A DNA stretch of 64,000 bases, taken from the NCBI GenBank assembly GCA_950097015.1, contig CATNEN010000012.1, forward strand, positions 2,542,001 to 2,606,000, read 5' to 3'. How positions within the stretch are numbered: position 1 is the first letter of the stretch; each line of letters starts with the position of its first letter. This document shows positions 60,801-64,000 of the stretch, in pieces. The notes below the pieces were generated by a model. That model saw nothing but the letters and a program-made list of their open reading frames with translations. It was not told where the DNA came from and did not search any database. The DNA comes from Macrostomum hystrix. Its lineage: Eukaryota > Animalia > Platyhelminthes. Made by a program: the position numbers and the translations under genes.

Positions 60801-63800
60801 ATTTATTAGTTGTCTCAATAACCTCGGGTATCCTTTATACGTGTATATCATCCCTCCCATCTCTTATCTCTTCTTTTCTTATCTTCTCGTTTTACTCCCA
60901 GTCCCATCTTTCCAGGAAATCGAGTCCATCATTATTTTTTTATTGGCTCACGACGCATAAGTTAGCCGATCCCTGGTGTAAGCGCATGATGTAAGCGGTA
61001 AGCGTTATCTATAAACAATATAAAGAGCTTTGGCAGCTCTGTTAGATATGTAACTACTGGTCTTTGCATATAAAAGTGTATCTTAAAAAATTTAGGGGGA
61101 AATAAGAAACATATCAGACATGGATGGAAAACAGGCAAATCCTTGCTTCGGACAGACGCCACAGATATGAGCGAATGCAGATTGCCATGATAAAGTCACT
61201 CCCTCCACATCCAGATCGAAAAATCCCGCGGCAACTAAAAAATACAGCATTGCCGCACACTATCGGGTCAGGAAATAAGATATGGAAATAAGAACAGCAA
61301 CTGGCACTGCCGACACAGTATCCGCAACCGAGTATTCCCTACCTCTCGCCAGTATCCAGTCCGAAAACGCCAAACTGTTCTGCCTCGTATTAAAGCCCCC
61401 GTTGATTTCACAGCCTCCGCGTGGCAATGCCTTGATACAGCGGAGAGGCAGGGTAAGAATGGAACAGAAAGAAAAAAATGCGAATCAAGAGAGATGCTTA
61501 ATACAGGCTGGCCGGGCCGGGTTCAGAATGGAAGAAAATGAGGGCCGGAAACGATCGCATCGAGGACAGAAAAAGACAGGTATAGAGAGACAGAAGGAGG
61601 GGAATTAAATAGAATAGAGGAGGCTTGCCAAAAATGAATGTTCCTTGGCAGCGGCTGAAACACTCATTTTCTCTAAGAATCAAGCAGCGAAAAAAGCGCT
61701 AGTCTCTTATTAAACTTGAACTATAGGGGTTCTCCACAAAAAACACTTTTTTGTACTTTTAAAGCCTTTCTACTTGACAAAAAAGCACCACCCGTTTCCA
61801 CTCATCCACCCTATTCCGTCTCTTTTAGGTCTAGGAGTATAAAGACACCCGTTTATATAATAGACGCAAAAAACGTATCGAAGGAGTGGAGGATGGTGTG
61901 GGGAAAAACTCGACGGGCATAGAAGATCATTAACCTTAGTTGCTATGCGCATGTAGAGGTCCGCAAAGCTACTGAAACCACCCGCCTGGCTCATTACTCT
62001 CTATAGCTGTAGATAATATCTCCCCCGGTGTCTCACAGTAATACTAATACGAATTGATAATATTTCTGCACTGGCACATTACTTGGCCACAGTAGAACAG
62101 CAGCCGGTGAAGAGACAATTCTGCTCTTTCCGCTGACTCCTGAGCACGCACAAAGGTGTCTACATCTGCCATGACTTTAGCATTTTCAGACAATCTACAC
62201 TCTTTCTATGCTTGAGGTAGGCCCTGAAGCGCATAAATTGACAACTCTCCCTTTCTGCACCCTAAATAAACGTGGCCTCGCCGCTGAATGGAACTCATGG
62301 AATTTGGTGCGAGAGGTGAATAGAGGTCCAATACTCAACGAATAGCCACCTTTTGGCTATCTTGGAGAGCCATCTTATTATTGGCATTTGGGACTAAGCC
62401 AGCCTATATTAATCAGTAGCTGCAAACAAGTAGGAAGGAAAAATGGAAAAAATGCTCACTGATCACTGCTCAATGATTATATACGATAGCTAACAGGCTA
62501 GATAAAAGTACACCCTGAGAAGAGAGAATTAGGCAAAAATGGGCTACTAGGAAGTATTATATGGGCTGGGTCAGTTTTGTGGCCTAAGGATGCAATGAGA
62601 GTTTGAGATAAGAAAGATAAAGAGAGAATCAGAGCACTCCAAAAATGGATTTTTTCATTCTATGAAAGCAAACAGAAAGCAAGGCGGTGGAGGGGAGTCT
62701 AAAGGCACGGCTACTGGGAACTAATCATAATGCTCTTTAATATTTTATCGACCAGCTTACAAAACAGACTGTATACAGAAATTTGAGACTAACTTGCTTT
62801 AAACAAAATTTCTACAGAAGACAGACACAGCAGCGTTTACACCAGAGATAGATTAAACTGCAGTCCAGCTTGTGAACATATTGCTAAACAGTAAGCGAGG
62901 TCAGGCAGGGAATCTTTGAAGTCGCATACGCATTTTCTCTACCCCATCAGGCAATGCACAAGTTCATCCCGTGCGCATCGCTGCTGCAGCTTAGTCACAT
63001 TTCTAAAAACTGCCTAGCTTTCCCCTCAACCCCCTAACGCAGCAAATAATATCACTAAGGCCATACCGCCCAGCTGGATTTGGGTCTATGGGGCGGGTAG
63101 TATACGTGGGGTGGGGTTGGGTAGGGCCAGAGGGTTCAGTGACGACCGACTATCGAGGCTGAAATCAACTAAGGAAACGAAGAGACGAAAATTTCTAAAA
63201 AAGATAGGTACACAACGAATGCACCAGAATGGGATTTGGGAGGCAAACTGGGCCCTGGGGTACGAAAGGAATGGCCAAAACGAGGATAGTAGATGAGAAA
63301 TAGGACTAACAGGGTAGCCTTGCCTCTTAGAGGCGCAGGATTTTCTGCACCCAGTTACAAGATTACGCCAATGCTAAGAAAGGGTAAAAAGTGCCAAGTG
63401 TGTCCAGTAGCCTAAGACAGTAGCGGAAACTGATGCATCAGCTTGGATCACTTTGAAGCTGCATAGAGAGAGAGGCAGAGAGGGAATAGCATTACTGCAG
63501 CCTAAGCGAAGATGTGTTTACATTACATAGCTTTATAGTTCTAGCAAGTGTATGCACTGAATATAGTAAAATATGTTATGCCAAAGCTAACAGAATCTCT
63601 AAATTACCAGATAAAAAAAGTAGAATGGATTCCTCCTTGTCTTAATAAGGCGATCAATTGCTATAGACTATAGACTGTGTGATAAAAAAATTAAATTCGA
63701 AAAAACACAACTAATAAACTGCATATGCTTTGGATATATAAAATAATTAATTAATAATAATTTATAATTGTTTACACCTGTCCCAATTGGGCCAGATGTG

Positions 63801-63837
63801 TAGCCAACAGCACAGCTGCAGCTATTGCATGGCACAT

Positions 63838-64000
63838 CTGAAGACTACATACAGCTGTTCAGTCCATAGACTAGGGGGCCGCCACACCCACCTTCAATTA
63901 TCCCAGCTGATGCTGGTACCCTTAACAGCTAGGTGAACTGAAGCAATTCAGAGTTAAGTGTCTTGCTAAAGGACACAAATTGTTTCAGTGGAGTTGGGAA
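63838..64000 (-). mobile_element. SINE copy running off the window end
   Basis: The reverse complement reads TTGTGTCCTTTAGCAAGACACTTAACTCTGAATTGCTTCAGTTCACCTAGCTGTTAAGGGTACCAGCATCAGCTGGGATAATTGAAGGTGGGTGTGGCG. Confidence 0.7.

Noticed and set aside
59000-63800. LTR or LINE retrotransposon in the region upstream of the receptor gene
   Set aside because: I found no RT, integrase or gag motifs, no paired LTRs and only short unrecognisable ORFs.

Overview
Eukaryotic (invertebrate animal) genomic DNA with spliceosomal introns. The minisatellite-filled introns, GC-rich exons and Q/H-rich coding resemble a flatworm such as Macrostomum, but this is inference only. Five host genes were assembled by hand from splice sites and reading phases: ETFB (+, 2 exons), NSA2 (+, GC-AG intron, no contiguous ATG), a 7-exon secreted NDNF/Nord-like gene (+), cytosolic HSP90 (+, MEEVD, with HSE array and paired MEF2 sites) and a ~22-kb Ihog/CDON/BOC-like Ig-FN3 receptor (-). 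The window also holds a DD34D mariner whose 5' end is replaced by an inverted copy of its 3' end, a decayed BED-finger ORF, four copies of a tRNA-type SINE and more than 20 distinct minisatellite arrays. Most long ORFs in the supplied track are artefacts of these arrays. The best leads are a possible spliced-leader-supplied start codon for NSA2, the snap-back mariner, inverted related arrays flanking the NDNF-like first exon, and the Nord-like/Ihog-like neighbourhood. Family assignments come from motifs recalled from memory, not database searches. Array boundaries are approximate.
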